Shown here: positions 52,117 to 61,666 of the stretch, in pieces
How the letters are laid out: each line of letters begins with the position of its first letter
Position numbering within the stretch: the first letter of the stretch is position 1
Assembly (NCBI GenBank): GCA_965213625.1
Contig: CBDBZU010000004.1
Span: 3,232,001-3,296,000, forward strand
Direction: 5' to 3'
Source of the DNA: a bacterium
GTDB lineage: Bacteria; UBA8248
Length of the DNA stretch: 64,000 nucleotides
Translations under genes and position numbers: made by a program
The notes under the pieces: model-generated
Database searches by the model: none
What the model saw: the letters and a program-made list of their open reading frames with translations, nothing else
What the model was told of the DNA's origin: nothing

Positions 52117-53636
52117 GGGGCTGTTGAAAAACCCCCGGCATTGTGATTGGGTGTAATGACACTATCTCGCCCGAGATGGGAGTTCCCGAGATGATAGGCA
52201 GCAAGGGGCGCGAGCAGATGGATTTGTTCGTGGCCGGTTCGCTGGAACGGTTGATCCCCGAGGATCACGTCCTGATGCGCGTGGACCGCGTACTGGATTT
52301 GAGTTGGCTTCGCGCGGAGGTGGCGGATTGCTATTGCGCGGATAACGGTCGACCGGGGATCGACCCGGAGGTGGCGTTGCGCCTGATGCTGGCGGGTATG
52401 TTGCTGGGCTACGTACACGACCGGCGTCTGCTTCGCGAGGCGCGTGCGCACCTGGCGATCCGGTGGTTCATCGGGTACGGGCTGCACGAGGATTTGCCGC
52501 ATCATTCGAGCCTGACGCGGATTCGTCAGCGGTGGGGGGAGGCTCGGTTCAAGGAGATATTCCGTCGCACGGTGCAGGCTTGCCTGGAGGCGAATGTGGC
52601 GAAGGGGGAAGTGGTGCACGTGGACGCCTCGTTGATACGCGCGGACGTGAGCTGGGAGAGTCTGGCGGCGCACCACGCGGAGAAGGTGATTCGGGAGAAT
52701 CCCGTCGATGATGAGGGGGAGAAGAAGGGAGGAGGCCGCGGTGGCGGGGGTCGGGTGAGCCGGACGGACCCGGACGCGCGGCTTGCGCGCAAGAGCGCGC
52801 GGGCGGGGTTCGAGCCGAGCTACAAGCAGCACGCGGCGGTGGACGATGAGCGGGGTGTTGTTCTCGACGTGTCGGTGACGGAGGGGACGCGGAACGAGCG
52901 TGAGATGATGGCGTCCCATATAGAGGCGGTAAGCGAGTTGTCGGGCCGCGCGCCGGAGATGGTGACGGCGGATTCGGGGTACGCGTACTCGAAGGTTTAT
53001 GGCGAATTGGAGCGGCGGGGCGTGGAAGCGCTGATACCAGCGAAGAAGGAACCCAGCCAGAGCCGTGTTCCGCTGCAGTTGTTCCACTACGACGCGCGCA
53101 ACGAGGTGGTGAAGTGTCCGGGAGGCAAGACGCTGCGCCCCCGGCAGGCGACGGAGCGGGGGCGCTCCTATGTATCGAAGACGCGGGATTGCGCGGGCTG
53201 CGCGCTCCGTGCGGATTGTCTGTCGAAGTCGCGCACGAGCAGGACGGTGTTGATTCCGCACGCGTATCCGGCGCTGTTGCGCGCGCGTCGGCGGCATGCG
53301 CGCTGGGGGGAGGAGGAGAAGCGTCTCTATGGCCGCCACCGTTGGCGCTCGGAGGGCTACCACGGCGAGGCGAAGAGCCGGCACGGACTGGGGCGGGCGG
53401 TGCGCCGGGGCCTTGCGAACATGAGGATCCAGTCCTACCTGACGGCGATAGCGGTGAACCTCAAGCGGCTGGCCGCCGCTTTTGCGGCGCGTATATTCGC
53501 CCTCTGGACGGCCTGTGCCGCCCGGAGACGCCGTCTAAGCGCACATGGCGCCCTCACGCGCCGATTGGGCTGCCTCCCCGCCGCCGCGTGAGCCGCCAAA
53601 ACGCCCGCTTCCAACACCGGGTTTTTCAACAGACCC
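52117..53636 (+). mobile_element. IS1182-family insertion sequence, 1520 bp
   Basis: 18-bp terminal IRs ggggctgttgaaaaaccc / gggtttttcaacagaccc (17/18); TTGAG direct repeat at 52112-52116 and 53637-53641 (exact TSD length ambiguous). Confidence 0.88.
52191..53591 (+). CDS. IS1182-family DDE transposase
   Basis: LIPEDH, GRPGIDP, PHHSSLTRIRQR, VDAS, SRTDPDA, ADSGY, CxxC..C, RWRSEG..GEAK..HGL. Confidence 0.92.
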   Translation: MIGSKGREQMDLFVAGSLERLIPEDHVLMRVDRVLDLSWLRAEVADCYCADNGRPGIDPEVALRLMLAGMLLGYVHDRRLLREARAHLAIRWFIGYGLHEDLPHHSSLTRIRQRWGEARFKEIFRRTVQACLEANVAKGEVVHVDASLIRADVSWESLAAHHAEKVIRENPVDDEGEKKGGGRGGGGRVSRTDPDARLARKSARAGFEPSYKQHAAVDDERGVVLDVSVTEGTRNEREMMASHIEAVSELSGRAPEMVTADSGYAYSKVYGELERRGVEALIPAKKEPSQSRVPLQLFHYDARNEVVKCPGGKTLRPRQATERGRSYVSKTRDCAGCALRADCLSKSRTSRTVLIPHAYPALLRARRRHARWGEEEKRLYGRHRWRSEGYHGEAKSRHGLGRAVRRGLANMRIQSYLTAIAVNLKRLAAAFAARIFALWTACAARRRRLSAHGALTRRLGCLPAAA

Positions 53637-53713
53637 TTGAGGGGGAGTGGTTGTTGGCAATCTGCAAAGGGGAGAATGGTTTGGCGCAACCCGCAAGGAC
53701 TTTTTAAAAACCC

Positions 53714-54475
53714 CTACTGCGCGTACTGCCCGCCGTCCACCACGAGGGTCGAGCCCGTCATGAAACTCGAAGCGTCGCTCGCCAGAAAGAGAATCGCACC
53801 CTTGAGCTCCTCAGGCTTGCCGACCCTTCCCATCGGGATGTGGGCCTTGATCATCCGCTCGCCCGCATCGGACGCGAAGAACTTGCTGTTGATGTCGGTC
53901 AGGAAATATCCCGGCGCAAGGGCATTCACGCGCACGCCCGTTTTCGCCCATTCGAGCGCAAGCGTCTTGGTGAGCTGGATCAGGCCGCCCTTGCTCGCCG
54001 TGTAGGCGGAGAGCATCTTCACGCCGATGAAGCCCGCGACCGAGGCCACGTTCACTATCGCGCCGCCGCCGCGTTCGATCATGCCCGGCGCCACGGCCTG
54101 GCACATCAGGAATGCGCCCCGCAGGTTCGTCTCCAGCACCTGGTTCCAGCGCTCAATCGGCAGATCGGTGGCCCAGCCCTCACCGCTCACGCCGCTGTTG
54201 TTCACCAGAACGTCGATGGACCCCAGCGCGTCTTCCGCCTCTCGCGCCGCCTCTTGGACCGAGTCGGGATCCGTCAGGTCGCAGCCAGTGACATGGGCTG
54301 TGCGGCCGAGTGCGCGAATCTCCGCCGCCGCCTCCTCGAGCTTCTCTTTTCGCCTCGCCGCCAAGGCGACGTCGGCGCCTGCTTCGGCCAGCGCATGGGC
54401 CATCGCGCGTCCGAGGCCCGTGCCACCTCCTGTGACCAAAGCCCTCTTTCCGCTTAAATCAAATAGTTGTGGCAA
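53714..54475 (-). CDS. SDR family oxidoreductase (KduD-like)
   Basis: LFDLSGKRALVTGGGTGLG, YTASK, NALAPGYF; TTG start. Confidence 0.9.
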   Translation of the reverse strand: MPQLFDLSGKRALVTGGGTGLGRAMAHALAEAGADVALAARRKEKLEEAAAEIRALGRTAHVTGCDLTDPDSVQEAAREAEDALGSIDVLVNNSGVSGEGWATDLPIERWNQVLETNLRGAFLMCQAVAPGMIERGGGAIVNVASVAGFIGVKMLSAYTASKGGLIQLTKTLALEWAKTGVRVNALAPGYFLTDINSKFFASDAGERMIKAHIPMGRVGKPEELKGAILFLASDASSFMTGSTLVVDGGQYAQ

Positions 54476-54524
54476 CTCTCTTTCCCCTGTGTGTAAAGTT
54501 TTTATAATATTTGCTCACAGAATT

Positions 54525-54702
54525 CGTGAATAAGTTGTGGATAAGTATGTTAAATGGGCCTCTAAATCCCCTATTTTCCGTCACTTAATACATATTGACA
54601 CTTTTTTGAGCAAACCTTTTAATTCAAGCAATATCAGTAACATACATTAAATTTTCGCCCCTTCGGCCCTTGTGTTTTCATTTTAAGCATTGTTTTTGCA
54701 CA
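54525..54702. promoter_or_regulatory. AT-rich region with DnaA-box-like 9-mers
   Basis: TGTGGATAA 54536-54544 (perfect), CGTGAATAA 54525-54533 (1 mismatch), TTTTGCACA 54694-54702 (fits TTWTNCACA). Confidence 0.45.
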
Positions 54703-54753
54703 AGTTTTACCGACGAAATTCCGTTTCGCCTCCCATCGCGCTGCAAAAAATTT

Positions 54754-55347
54754 CTATTTTCTTTCGCCAGCATCGTCCGGTAACCCCGCCGAATTCGCCT
54801 CAAAGAAGAGCAAGCACGTATCGCCGTATCGCCTCTCGCGCACGAGCCTCACCCCGCAGACCTCGCTTTCCCGCTGCGCGTTCCGGGGCGCTTCCATCAC
54901 GAGGCTTGCGCATATCGGCTCGGGTGCAAATACGGCCTCTAAAACCTCTCGCCGCAGCGTGTCTTCGCGCCAGGGCGGGTCGGCGAAGGCCAAGTCGGAC
55001 CTGTGCGGAGATTCCGCCCGGATTCGTTCGATCTCAGCGTTCACGTCCGCGCTACGCACTTCCAATCCTTCCGCCAGGCCAAGAACTTCTGCATTTCGCC
55101 GCATCGCCTCGCAAAGACGACGGTTTTTCTCCACTGCTACAACACTGGTCGCGCCCCGGCTGAGCGCTTCGAGCGAAATCGCGCCCGAACCCGCGCACAA
55201 ATCGAGCACGCGCGCGCCTTCCACCGCGCCTCCCCAGATGTTGAACAGCGCCTCACGCACCCGCTCGCCCGTGGGCCTTACGCCCTCTTCTTCGGGCGAG
55301 GGAATCCTCCGGCTCCTTGCCGCGCCGCCGATAATCCGGAGCGACAT
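54754..55347 (-). CDS. rsmD: 16S rRNA m2G966 methyltransferase RsmD
   Basis: LRIIGG, RPTGERVREALFN, LDLCAGSG, EALSRGA, DPPW, RRYGDT. Confidence 0.9.
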   Translation of the reverse strand: MSLRIIGGAARSRRIPSPEEEGVRPTGERVREALFNIWGGAVEGARVLDLCAGSGAISLEALSRGATSVVAVEKNRRLCEAMRRNAEVLGLAEGLEVRSADVNAEIERIRAESPHRSDLAFADPPWREDTLRREVLEAVFAPEPICASLVMEAPRNAQRESEVCGVRLVRERRYGDTCLLFFEANSAGLPDDAGERK

Positions 55348-55356
55348 CGAATGTCC

Positions 55357-56265
55357 TCAGAGACGCTCGAAGTGGGCCAGTTCGCTGAACGCCCGGAAAC
55401 GCGCATCTATTTCTTCTGTCGATAGCGCGCGCATCCGGTCGTAGCTGAACGATTCCACGTTGAACGACGCCATGACGCTGCCGTATACGACCGCCCTGCG
55501 CATCCCCGCCTCGCTCAGGTCGCCCGTGGCGGCGAGATGACCCATGAAGCCGCCCGCGAAGCTGTCGCCTGCCCCAGTGGGGTCACAGACGTCTTCAATC
55601 GGAAGTCCTGGGGCGGAGAACACGCCGTCCTCGTGAAAAAGGAGAGCGCCGTACTCGCCCTGTTTCACCACCAGGGTCTTCGGGCCAATCTCGTGGATTC
55701 GGCGCGCGGCGCGCGCGATGTTCGCCTCCCCCGAGAGGGCGCGCGCCTCCGCGTCGTTGATGACCACCAGATCGACCATCGAGAGCGTTTTGAGCAATTC
55801 CTCGCGCTTGCCCTCGATCCAGAAGTTCATGGTGTCGCACGCCACGAGCTTGGGCGAGCTCGCCTGGCCCAGCACAGCGGCCTGAAGCACCGGGTCGATA
55901 TTCGCCAGAAACACGAACTCGGTGTCATTGAAATTATCCGGCAGCTTCGGCGAAAAACGCTCGAAGACGTTTAACTGCGTGTCGAGTGTGTGGGCGGTGT
56001 TCAAGTCGAACCCGTACTCCCCCTTCCAGCGGAAGGTCTCCCCCTCGCTTCGCTCAATGCCCGATATATCGATTTTCCGCTCTTCCAGGAACGCGAGCGT
56101 ATCTTCCGGGAAATCCGCCCCCACCACGGCCACGAGCCGCACGTCCGTGAAATAGCTCGCCGCCACCGAAAAATAAGTGGCCGATCCCCCCACCGCCTCC
56201 TCACGCTCGCCGAAGGGCGTCTTCACTGAATCAATCGCCATGGAACCGACCACCAGAAGACTCAT
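55357..56265 (-). CDS. PfkB family carbohydrate/nucleoside kinase
   Basis: LLVVGS..D, GGSATY, KQGEYGA, DPTGAGDSFAGG; start ATG 56265. Confidence 0.92.
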   Translation of the reverse strand: MSLLVVGSMAIDSVKTPFGEREEAVGGSATYFSVAASYFTDVRLVAVVGADFPEDTLAFLEERKIDISGIERSEGETFRWKGEYGFDLNTAHTLDTQLNVFERFSPKLPDNFNDTEFVFLANIDPVLQAAVLGQASSPKLVACDTMNFWIEGKREELLKTLSMVDLVVINDAEARALSGEANIARAARRIHEIGPKTLVVKQGEYGALLFHEDGVFSAPGLPIEDVCDPTGAGDSFAGGFMGHLAATGDLSEAGMRRAVVYGSVMASFNVESFSYDRMRALSTEEIDARFRAFSELAHFERL

Positions 56266-56304
56266 CTTTCCCTCACCTCTAAATTTGTATCCGATCAAGC
56301 AAAG

Positions 56305-56352
56305 TTGACAAAAACAATAGAAATACATGTATATGTAGAAATATATACATGT
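56305..56352 (+). promoter_or_regulatory. Putative TA promoter with palindromic operator
   Basis: TTGACA at 56305-56310; inverted repeat acatgtatat-N8-atatacatgt (56325-56352) over the expected -10 region. Confidence 0.6.
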
Positions 56353-56391
56353 CAAAGCTGCCTACATCATTAGAATCCATACGATAAAGAT

Positions 56392-56733
56392 ATGTTGAAT
56401 GAAGCATTTAATCCTTACGGGGCTTTAGAAGAACTCCAGGAGACAAATGAATTCCAAGCATGGATTGGAGAATTGCAAAGAACTGATAGGAATCTCTATC
56501 GGAAAATCGAATCGGAAAAATTGAAATTGATGGTAGGTCTTGGGAATAGAAAATTCGAGAGAGAAGGCGTCTATGCCTATCGATATCGTGGACAGCCATC
56601 CGCATTTCGATTATATTATGGCGTTGTGGATAGTCGGGCTTGGTTATTGTGGGGCGACACGAAACCTTCACAACGCCAACAATCCAGGGAAATCGACAAA
56701 GCGGTTGAACTATTGGAAAGATTAAGGACATGA
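56392..56733 (+). CDS. RelE/ParE-superfamily toxin (addiction module killer-like)
   Basis: TNEFQAWI..L, EGVY.YR, FRLYYG, LLWG..K..QSREIDKA pattern; low GC. Confidence 0.7.
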   Translation: MLNEAFNPYGALEELQETNEFQAWIGELQRTDRNLYRKIESEKLKLMVGLGNRKFEREGVYAYRYRGQPSAFRLYYGVVDSRAWLLWGDTKPSQRQQSREIDKAVELLERLRT

Positions 56734-56930
56734 AAATTACAAAATCCTTGAGAGACACTACAATCAAAAGACTTTCAGAAGAAGAGGACAGGTTGGCGCT
56801 TTTGGAAATGGCCAAAGAAGAGAACGATCCAAAACATTACGAAGCCGCCGTCAAAGTTGTAGACGCCGCTCGCAAATATCATAAGCATCAAGAACAAGAG
56901 AAAACCTGCAAATCTACTTCAGTCGCATAA
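56730..56930 (+). CDS. Putative short antitoxin (addiction module antidote N-terminal-like, no HTH)
   Basis: ATGA overlap with the toxin gene; LSEEEDRLALLEMAKEENDP...AAVKVV. Confidence 0.55.
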   Translation: MKITKSLRDTTIKRLSEEEDRLALLEMAKEENDPKHYEAAVKVVDAARKYHKHQEQEKTCKSTSVA

Positions 56931-57219
56931 ATCAACCCTGAAACATCATCTTGTCAACTGCGCTCAATTCACTGACGAGATTTTCTTACCGGCAGTCGTA
57001 GGTCGTCTCCTAAATCCACAACGCCTCCCTTGCATAGGAAATCCTTGGCTAAGGCGCGTCCATACCCATATCGTTCTCCAGGACGCCAACTCTAACGACA
57101 AAGCACGCACGTTTCAAAGGCTGTATCCATTTCCCGGCGAAATATGGTTTAATATCTCAAAACCCTGACAGTAAGCGGTCACACTCTTTTTTGCCGCTTC
57201 ATGGGTGAAGGAGAGCCGC

Positions 57220-58317
57220 ATGGACGCGAAACACCCCCTCGCCACGCGCGAGGAGTTGGCCAACCTCGATTTTTATTCCGATCTCGCCGATCGCTACCTC
57301 GCCGTAGACGGTCTGGAGGCGCGCTGGGTAAGTTTCACCAAAAAAGAGGTTCTCCCAGACAAGAATACCGCCGAGCGGATGCACTATCTCGTCTCCCTCG
57401 CGCGCGCAGTCGAGGAAACGCTCGATTCCGCCTTCCGCTCAGGGCACATCCCCGGCACCGCCTTTTTCGGCAGGGGAAACGAGGGGGCGAGCGTCGCCAG
57501 CGCGATGTGTCTCGAAGATCACGAATGGCTCGTACCCATGCACCGAAACTGCGGTGCGCACCTCGCTAAGGGGCATCCACCCAGGAGCATCATGTCGCAC
57601 TTTTTCGGTCGCGCCGACGGCCCCTCGGGCGGGCGCGACGGGAACTTCCACATGGGCTATAGGCCCAAGCGCATCACCCAGCTCATCAGCCACATCGGCA
57701 CCATGGTCCCCATCGCGACGGGCGTGGCGTGGGCGGCCAAGGCGCGCGGCAAGGGCGAGGCTACCATCAACTATATCGGAGACGGCGGCACGAGCGCGGG
57801 TGATTTCCACGAAGCGGTGAACTTCGCCGCCGTGAGAAAACTCCCGCTCGTCATCATCATCGACAACAACCAGTACGCCTACAAGACGCTCCTGAGCGAT
57901 CAGTACGCCTGCGACGCGCTGGTGCTAAAGGCGCCCGGCTACGGAATTCCCGGCTATCTCATCGACGGCACGAACGCGCCTCTGGTGCACCACGTCTGCA
58001 GCGAGGCCCTCGCGCGCGCGAGAGCGGGCGACGGCCCCACCTTGATCGAGAGCATCACCATGCGCGCCGCGGGCCATTCGGTGTATGACAAATTCTCCGA
58101 CTACGTGGACATGGAGCATTTCGAGAAATGGACCAACGAGCGCGACCCCATCAAGCGCCTCGATGAGACGCTCGTCGAGTTCGGCCTCATGACGGCCGAA
58201 GATGTCGCCACCTCCCATAAGCGAGCGAGAAAAGACGCGGAAGACGCGCGCGATGAGGCGCTTAAGAGTCCGATGCCGGATCCAACGCACCTGACCGAAG
58301 GAGTGTTCGCCGAATGA
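57220..58317 (+). CDS. 2-oxoacid/acetoin dehydrogenase E1 alpha subunit
   Basis: GDGGTSAGDFHEAVNFA...NNQYA TPP motif, R..GHS, DPI. Confidence 0.92.
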   Translation: MDAKHPLATREELANLDFYSDLADRYLAVDGLEARWVSFTKKEVLPDKNTAERMHYLVSLARAVEETLDSAFRSGHIPGTAFFGRGNEGASVASAMCLEDHEWLVPMHRNCGAHLAKGHPPRSIMSHFFGRADGPSGGRDGNFHMGYRPKRITQLISHIGTMVPIATGVAWAAKARGKGEATINYIGDGGTSAGDFHEAVNFAAVRKLPLVIIIDNNQYAYKTLLSDQYACDALVLKAPGYGIPGYLIDGTNAPLVHHVCSEALARARAGDGPTLIESITMRAAGHSVYDKFSDYVDMEHFEKWTNERDPIKRLDETLVEFGLMTAEDVATSHKRARKDAEDARDEALKSPMPDPTHLTEGVFAE

Positions 58318-59306
58318 TCACCTACCGGGAAGCGCTGAGCGAAGCCATGTGGGAGGAGATGGAGCGCGATGAGGAGGTCTTTCTCCTGGGCGAGGACATC
58401 GGCCTGGGCGGCGGGGCCTTCAACATCACCAAAGGGTTCATGGAAAAATTCGGGCGCGACCGCGTGGTGGACGTCCCCCTGAGCGAGGCGGGCTTCACGG
58501 GTACGGCCATAGGTGCGGCCTTGTGCGGCATGCGGCCCGTAGTGGAGTTCCAGTTCGCCGATTTCGTCACCGAATCCTACAAGATGATCGTGGACTACGC
58601 GGCCGGGAATCATTACCGGCAGATGGGGCCGGTGCCCATCGTCCTTCGCCTGCCCGCCGCCGCACTCGTGAGCGCGGGCCCGTTCCACAGCCAGAACCCC
58701 GAGATCTGGTTTTTCGGGACGCCGGGCCTCAAGATCGTCGCGCCCACAACCGCTTATGACGCCAAGGGAATGCTCAAGGGAGCGATAAGAGACCCCAACC
58801 CCGTCATCTTCATGGAATACAAAAAATTCTATAACTATCCGGTGGATGAATTGCCCGAGGTTTTGAGGCCCGAAATTCCCGAGGACGACTTCACCGTACC
58901 CTTCGGCGAAGCGAAAACCCTGCGCGAGGGGGACGACATATCGCTTATCACCTTCGGCACCACGGTGCTCGAAGCCCTGGAAGCGGCGGAAGTGCTCGAA
59001 AATGATGGCGTGTCGGTGGAGGTCATCGATCTCAGAACCCTGGTTCCGCTCGATAAAGAAGCGATCCTGGATAGTGTCAAGAAAACGGGAAAAATCCTCT
59101 TCTTGCACGAGGCGAGAAAACGAGGTGGCGTGGGCGGCGAGCTGGCCGCCATCGTAAGCGAGGAGGTCTTTGAATATCTGGACGCCCCCGTCCGCCGCAT
59201 CGGCGCGCCCGAAGCCCACGTACCGCTCAGCCCCCCGCTCGAGCGAGCCTACCTGCCCAGCACGGAAAAAGTCGTGAACGAACTGCGCGATCTCGCCGCG
59301 TTTTAG
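58314..59306 (+). CDS. 2-oxoacid/acetoin dehydrogenase E1 beta subunit
   Basis: GEDIG, PLSEAG, RPVVEFQFADF, HSQ, IDLRTLVPLD. Confidence 0.93.
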   Translation: MITYREALSEAMWEEMERDEEVFLLGEDIGLGGGAFNITKGFMEKFGRDRVVDVPLSEAGFTGTAIGAALCGMRPVVEFQFADFVTESYKMIVDYAAGNHYRQMGPVPIVLRLPAAALVSAGPFHSQNPEIWFFGTPGLKIVAPTTAYDAKGMLKGAIRDPNPVIFMEYKKFYNYPVDELPEVLRPEIPEDDFTVPFGEAKTLREGDDISLITFGTTVLEALEAAEVLENDGVSVEVIDLRTLVPLDKEAILDSVKKTGKILFLHEARKRGGVGGELAAIVSEEVFEYLDAPVRRIGAPEAHVPLSPPLERAYLPSTEKVVNELRDLAAF

Positions 59307-59386
59307 CCCCGCTTCATCTGGCGCAATCCTAAGTTTTCGAGTAAAACAAATTTTCGATTTTCTTCATCACGCTTGAGGGAGCCCCC

Positions 59387-60670
59387 ATGTACACTGCGCG
59401 CATCAGAATGCCCCGCATGGGAACCAGCGTGCACGAGAGCACCGTGGTCGCCTGGAAGAAGGCGGTGGGCGATACGGTGGCGAAGGGCGAGGTGCTGCTT
59501 TCGGCGGAGAGCGACAAGGTGGAGTTCGAAGTCGAGGCTCCTGCCGACGGCGTGATCACCGAGATATTGGCGGAAGCGGAAGAGACGGTGCCCGTCGGTG
59601 AAATACTCGCGACCATGGAGACAGCAACCGAGGTCGCCGACGAAACGCCCGAACCGGAAGTAACAGAACCGGCCGTGAGCGACTGGGCGGCCCCTGTGGC
59701 GCCGTTGCAACCCAGGGAAAAACCCGTCATCCCGGCGGCACGCGTGGTAAAAGCACCCCGTCCATCAACTGAGGGGAAAGCCTGGCTCTCTCCGCGCGTT
59801 CAGAGCCTTGCCGCCGCGCACGGGGTCGGGCTGGACGTAGTCGCAGGAATCGAGGGCACGGGAACGGGCGGACGTGTTACCGCGCGCGACGTAGAGGCCT
59901 TCATCGCGGGCGGCGGCGCGCCGCCCAGAATCGAGATGTCGACGAAACCGCTCAGCGATAACATGGATGAGCGCGTGGAACACCTCAGCAGGGTCAGAAA
60001 GCGAATCGCTGAAAACCTCACCCGTTCGGTGCGCGAGATACCCCAGGTCACCAGTTGGCTTGAGGTGGACATGAGCAGCGTTTCGGCCTTTCGGGACGCG
60101 AACAAAGAGGCGTTTCGCGAAAAACACGGCGTAAACCTCACCTACACGCCCTTTTTCATCATGGCGCTCGTCCACGCGCTCAGAAACGAGGGCAACGAGC
60201 GCTTTAACGCCACGTTTGAAGACGATGCCCTCATCATCAGGCGCTACCTGAACTTAAGCGTCGCCGTGGACTCCCCGGGCGGCCTCGTGGTTCCCGTCTT
60301 GAAATCGGCGGACTCCATGAACCTGGTGGAACTCTCGGCCAGGCTCGACGATCTGGGAACCCGCGCTCGTGAGAGCGCGCTCACGCCCGAAGACGTCCGG
60401 GGCGGGACGCTCACGCTCACCAATTTCGGCGCCTCTGGCGCGCTGGGTGGTAACCCCATCATCAACCCGCCCGAGGTGGCCATCATCGGAACGGGGGCCA
60501 TCGCGCCGCGCCCCGTGGCGCTGCCGGGCGGAACAGTCTCCGTGCGGCCCGTCATGATCCTGGCGATCACCTTCGATCACCGCGTGAACGACGGCATGGC
60601 GGCGGGCAGGTTTATTTCCGACGTCCGCGCTGCGCTCGAGAACATGGACTTTTCCCATTTGGAGTATTGA
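59387..60670 (+). CDS. Dihydrolipoamide acyltransferase E2
   Basis: Lipoyl ESDKV, E3-binding GTGTGGRVT, catalytic FDHRVNDG. Confidence 0.93.
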   Translation: MYTARIRMPRMGTSVHESTVVAWKKAVGDTVAKGEVLLSAESDKVEFEVEAPADGVITEILAEAEETVPVGEILATMETATEVADETPEPEVTEPAVSDWAAPVAPLQPREKPVIPAARVVKAPRPSTEGKAWLSPRVQSLAAAHGVGLDVVAGIEGTGTGGRVTARDVEAFIAGGGAPPRIEMSTKPLSDNMDERVEHLSRVRKRIAENLTRSVREIPQVTSWLEVDMSSVSAFRDANKEAFREKHGVNLTYTPFFIMALVHALRNEGNERFNATFEDDALIIRRYLNLSVAVDSPGGLVVPVLKSADSMNLVELSARLDDLGTRARESALTPEDVRGGTLTLTNFGASGALGGNPIINPPEVAIIGTGAIAPRPVALPGGTVSVRPVMILAITFDHRVNDGMAAGRFISDVRAALENMDFSHLEY

Positions 60671-60741
60671 ATACGGGAATCACATAACCCTTCTTCCTTT
60701 GCTACCAGCAAGCGAACAAGACACAAGGAGCAAGAAACCTC

Positions 60742-61656
60742 ATGGCCAGACCAGACATCGACACCCCCTTGCGCTCCATGCTCTTCATCCCCGGTTCGAG
60801 CGAGAAGATGGTGGGGAAAGGTCCCACCATCGAGGCGGACGCTGCCCTGTTCGATCTCGAGGATTCCGTCGCCCCCCAGATGAAGGAAGCGGCGCGCGAA
60901 CTCGTGCGCTCAGGCATCGCGGAAACGAGCAGCGCGCCCGGCGGCCCATCCACCATCCTCGTACGCGTAAACGACGTGGAATCGGGCATGCTGGATGAGG
61001 ACATCGACGCCATCGCGGTCGAAGGGCTCGACGGTATCTTCCTGCCGAAACCGGAGAGCGCGGCGGACGTGAGAACAGCCGATGCGATTTTATCGAAATA
61101 CGAGCGTGAGCGCGGCCTGGAGGAAGGCGGGGTCGGCATCATCGCCCAGATAGAGAGCGCCTCGGGCGTCGTGCATTGCTACGACATCTGCAAGGCGGCG
61201 GATCGCGTTGTGGGCGTGAACTTGGGCAGTGCTGAGGATGCGGACCTCTGCCGCAGCCTGGGGGCCACCTGGACGGAAGACGGAACCACGCTCCTCTACA
61301 CGCGGAGCAAGGTGCTCGTCGAGGCGCGCGCAGCAGCCTTGCCCCACCCCACCGACGGCGTCTACATGCGTTTACAGGACGACGACGGCTGCCGCGCGGA
61401 CGCGGAGTTCGCCAAAAAACTCGGCTATACCGGCAAGGCGGCCATTCACCCGAGGCAGGTACCCATTTTCAACGACGTCTACTCGCCGAGCGAGGAGGAG
61501 ATCTCCTACTACACCGAGATGGCCGAAGCCTACCGCGAGGGCGAGGCGCAGGGTCTCGGCGCGGTTTCCTTCCAGGGGAAGATGATCGATATCGCCATGG
61601 TCAAGCATGCGGATAACGTGCTCGCGCGCGCCCGCGCCATCGCCGAAAAAGCATAG
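60742..61656 (+). CDS. CitE/HpcH-HpaI family CoA-ester lyase
   Basis: RSMLFIPG, FDLEDSV, VRVN, LPK, IESASG, GKAAIHPRQ, GKMID. Confidence 0.9.
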   Translation: MARPDIDTPLRSMLFIPGSSEKMVGKGPTIEADAALFDLEDSVAPQMKEAARELVRSGIAETSSAPGGPSTILVRVNDVESGMLDEDIDAIAVEGLDGIFLPKPESAADVRTADAILSKYERERGLEEGGVGIIAQIESASGVVHCYDICKAADRVVGVNLGSAEDADLCRSLGATWTEDGTTLLYTRSKVLVEARAAALPHPTDGVYMRLQDDDGCRADAEFAKKLGYTGKAAIHPRQVPIFNDVYSPSEEEISYYTEMAEAYREGEAQGLGAVSFQGKMIDIAMVKHADNVLARARAIAEKA

Positions 61657-61666
61657 GCTTAAGCAA

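Larger units (their letters stand above)
52045..53714. mobile_element. ~145-bp MITE (52045-52116 + 53642-53714) interrupted by the IS
   Basis: Outer ends ggggctgttgaaaaagccc and ggactttttaaaaacccc; internal hairpin cactcccccc-ttga-gggggagtg is restored when the IS is removed. Confidence 0.6.

Noticed and set aside
54528-54555. dif site (gtatgttaaat resembles the XerD arm)
   Set aside because: The XerC arm does not match and the segment overlaps a DnaA box; no visible skew switch.
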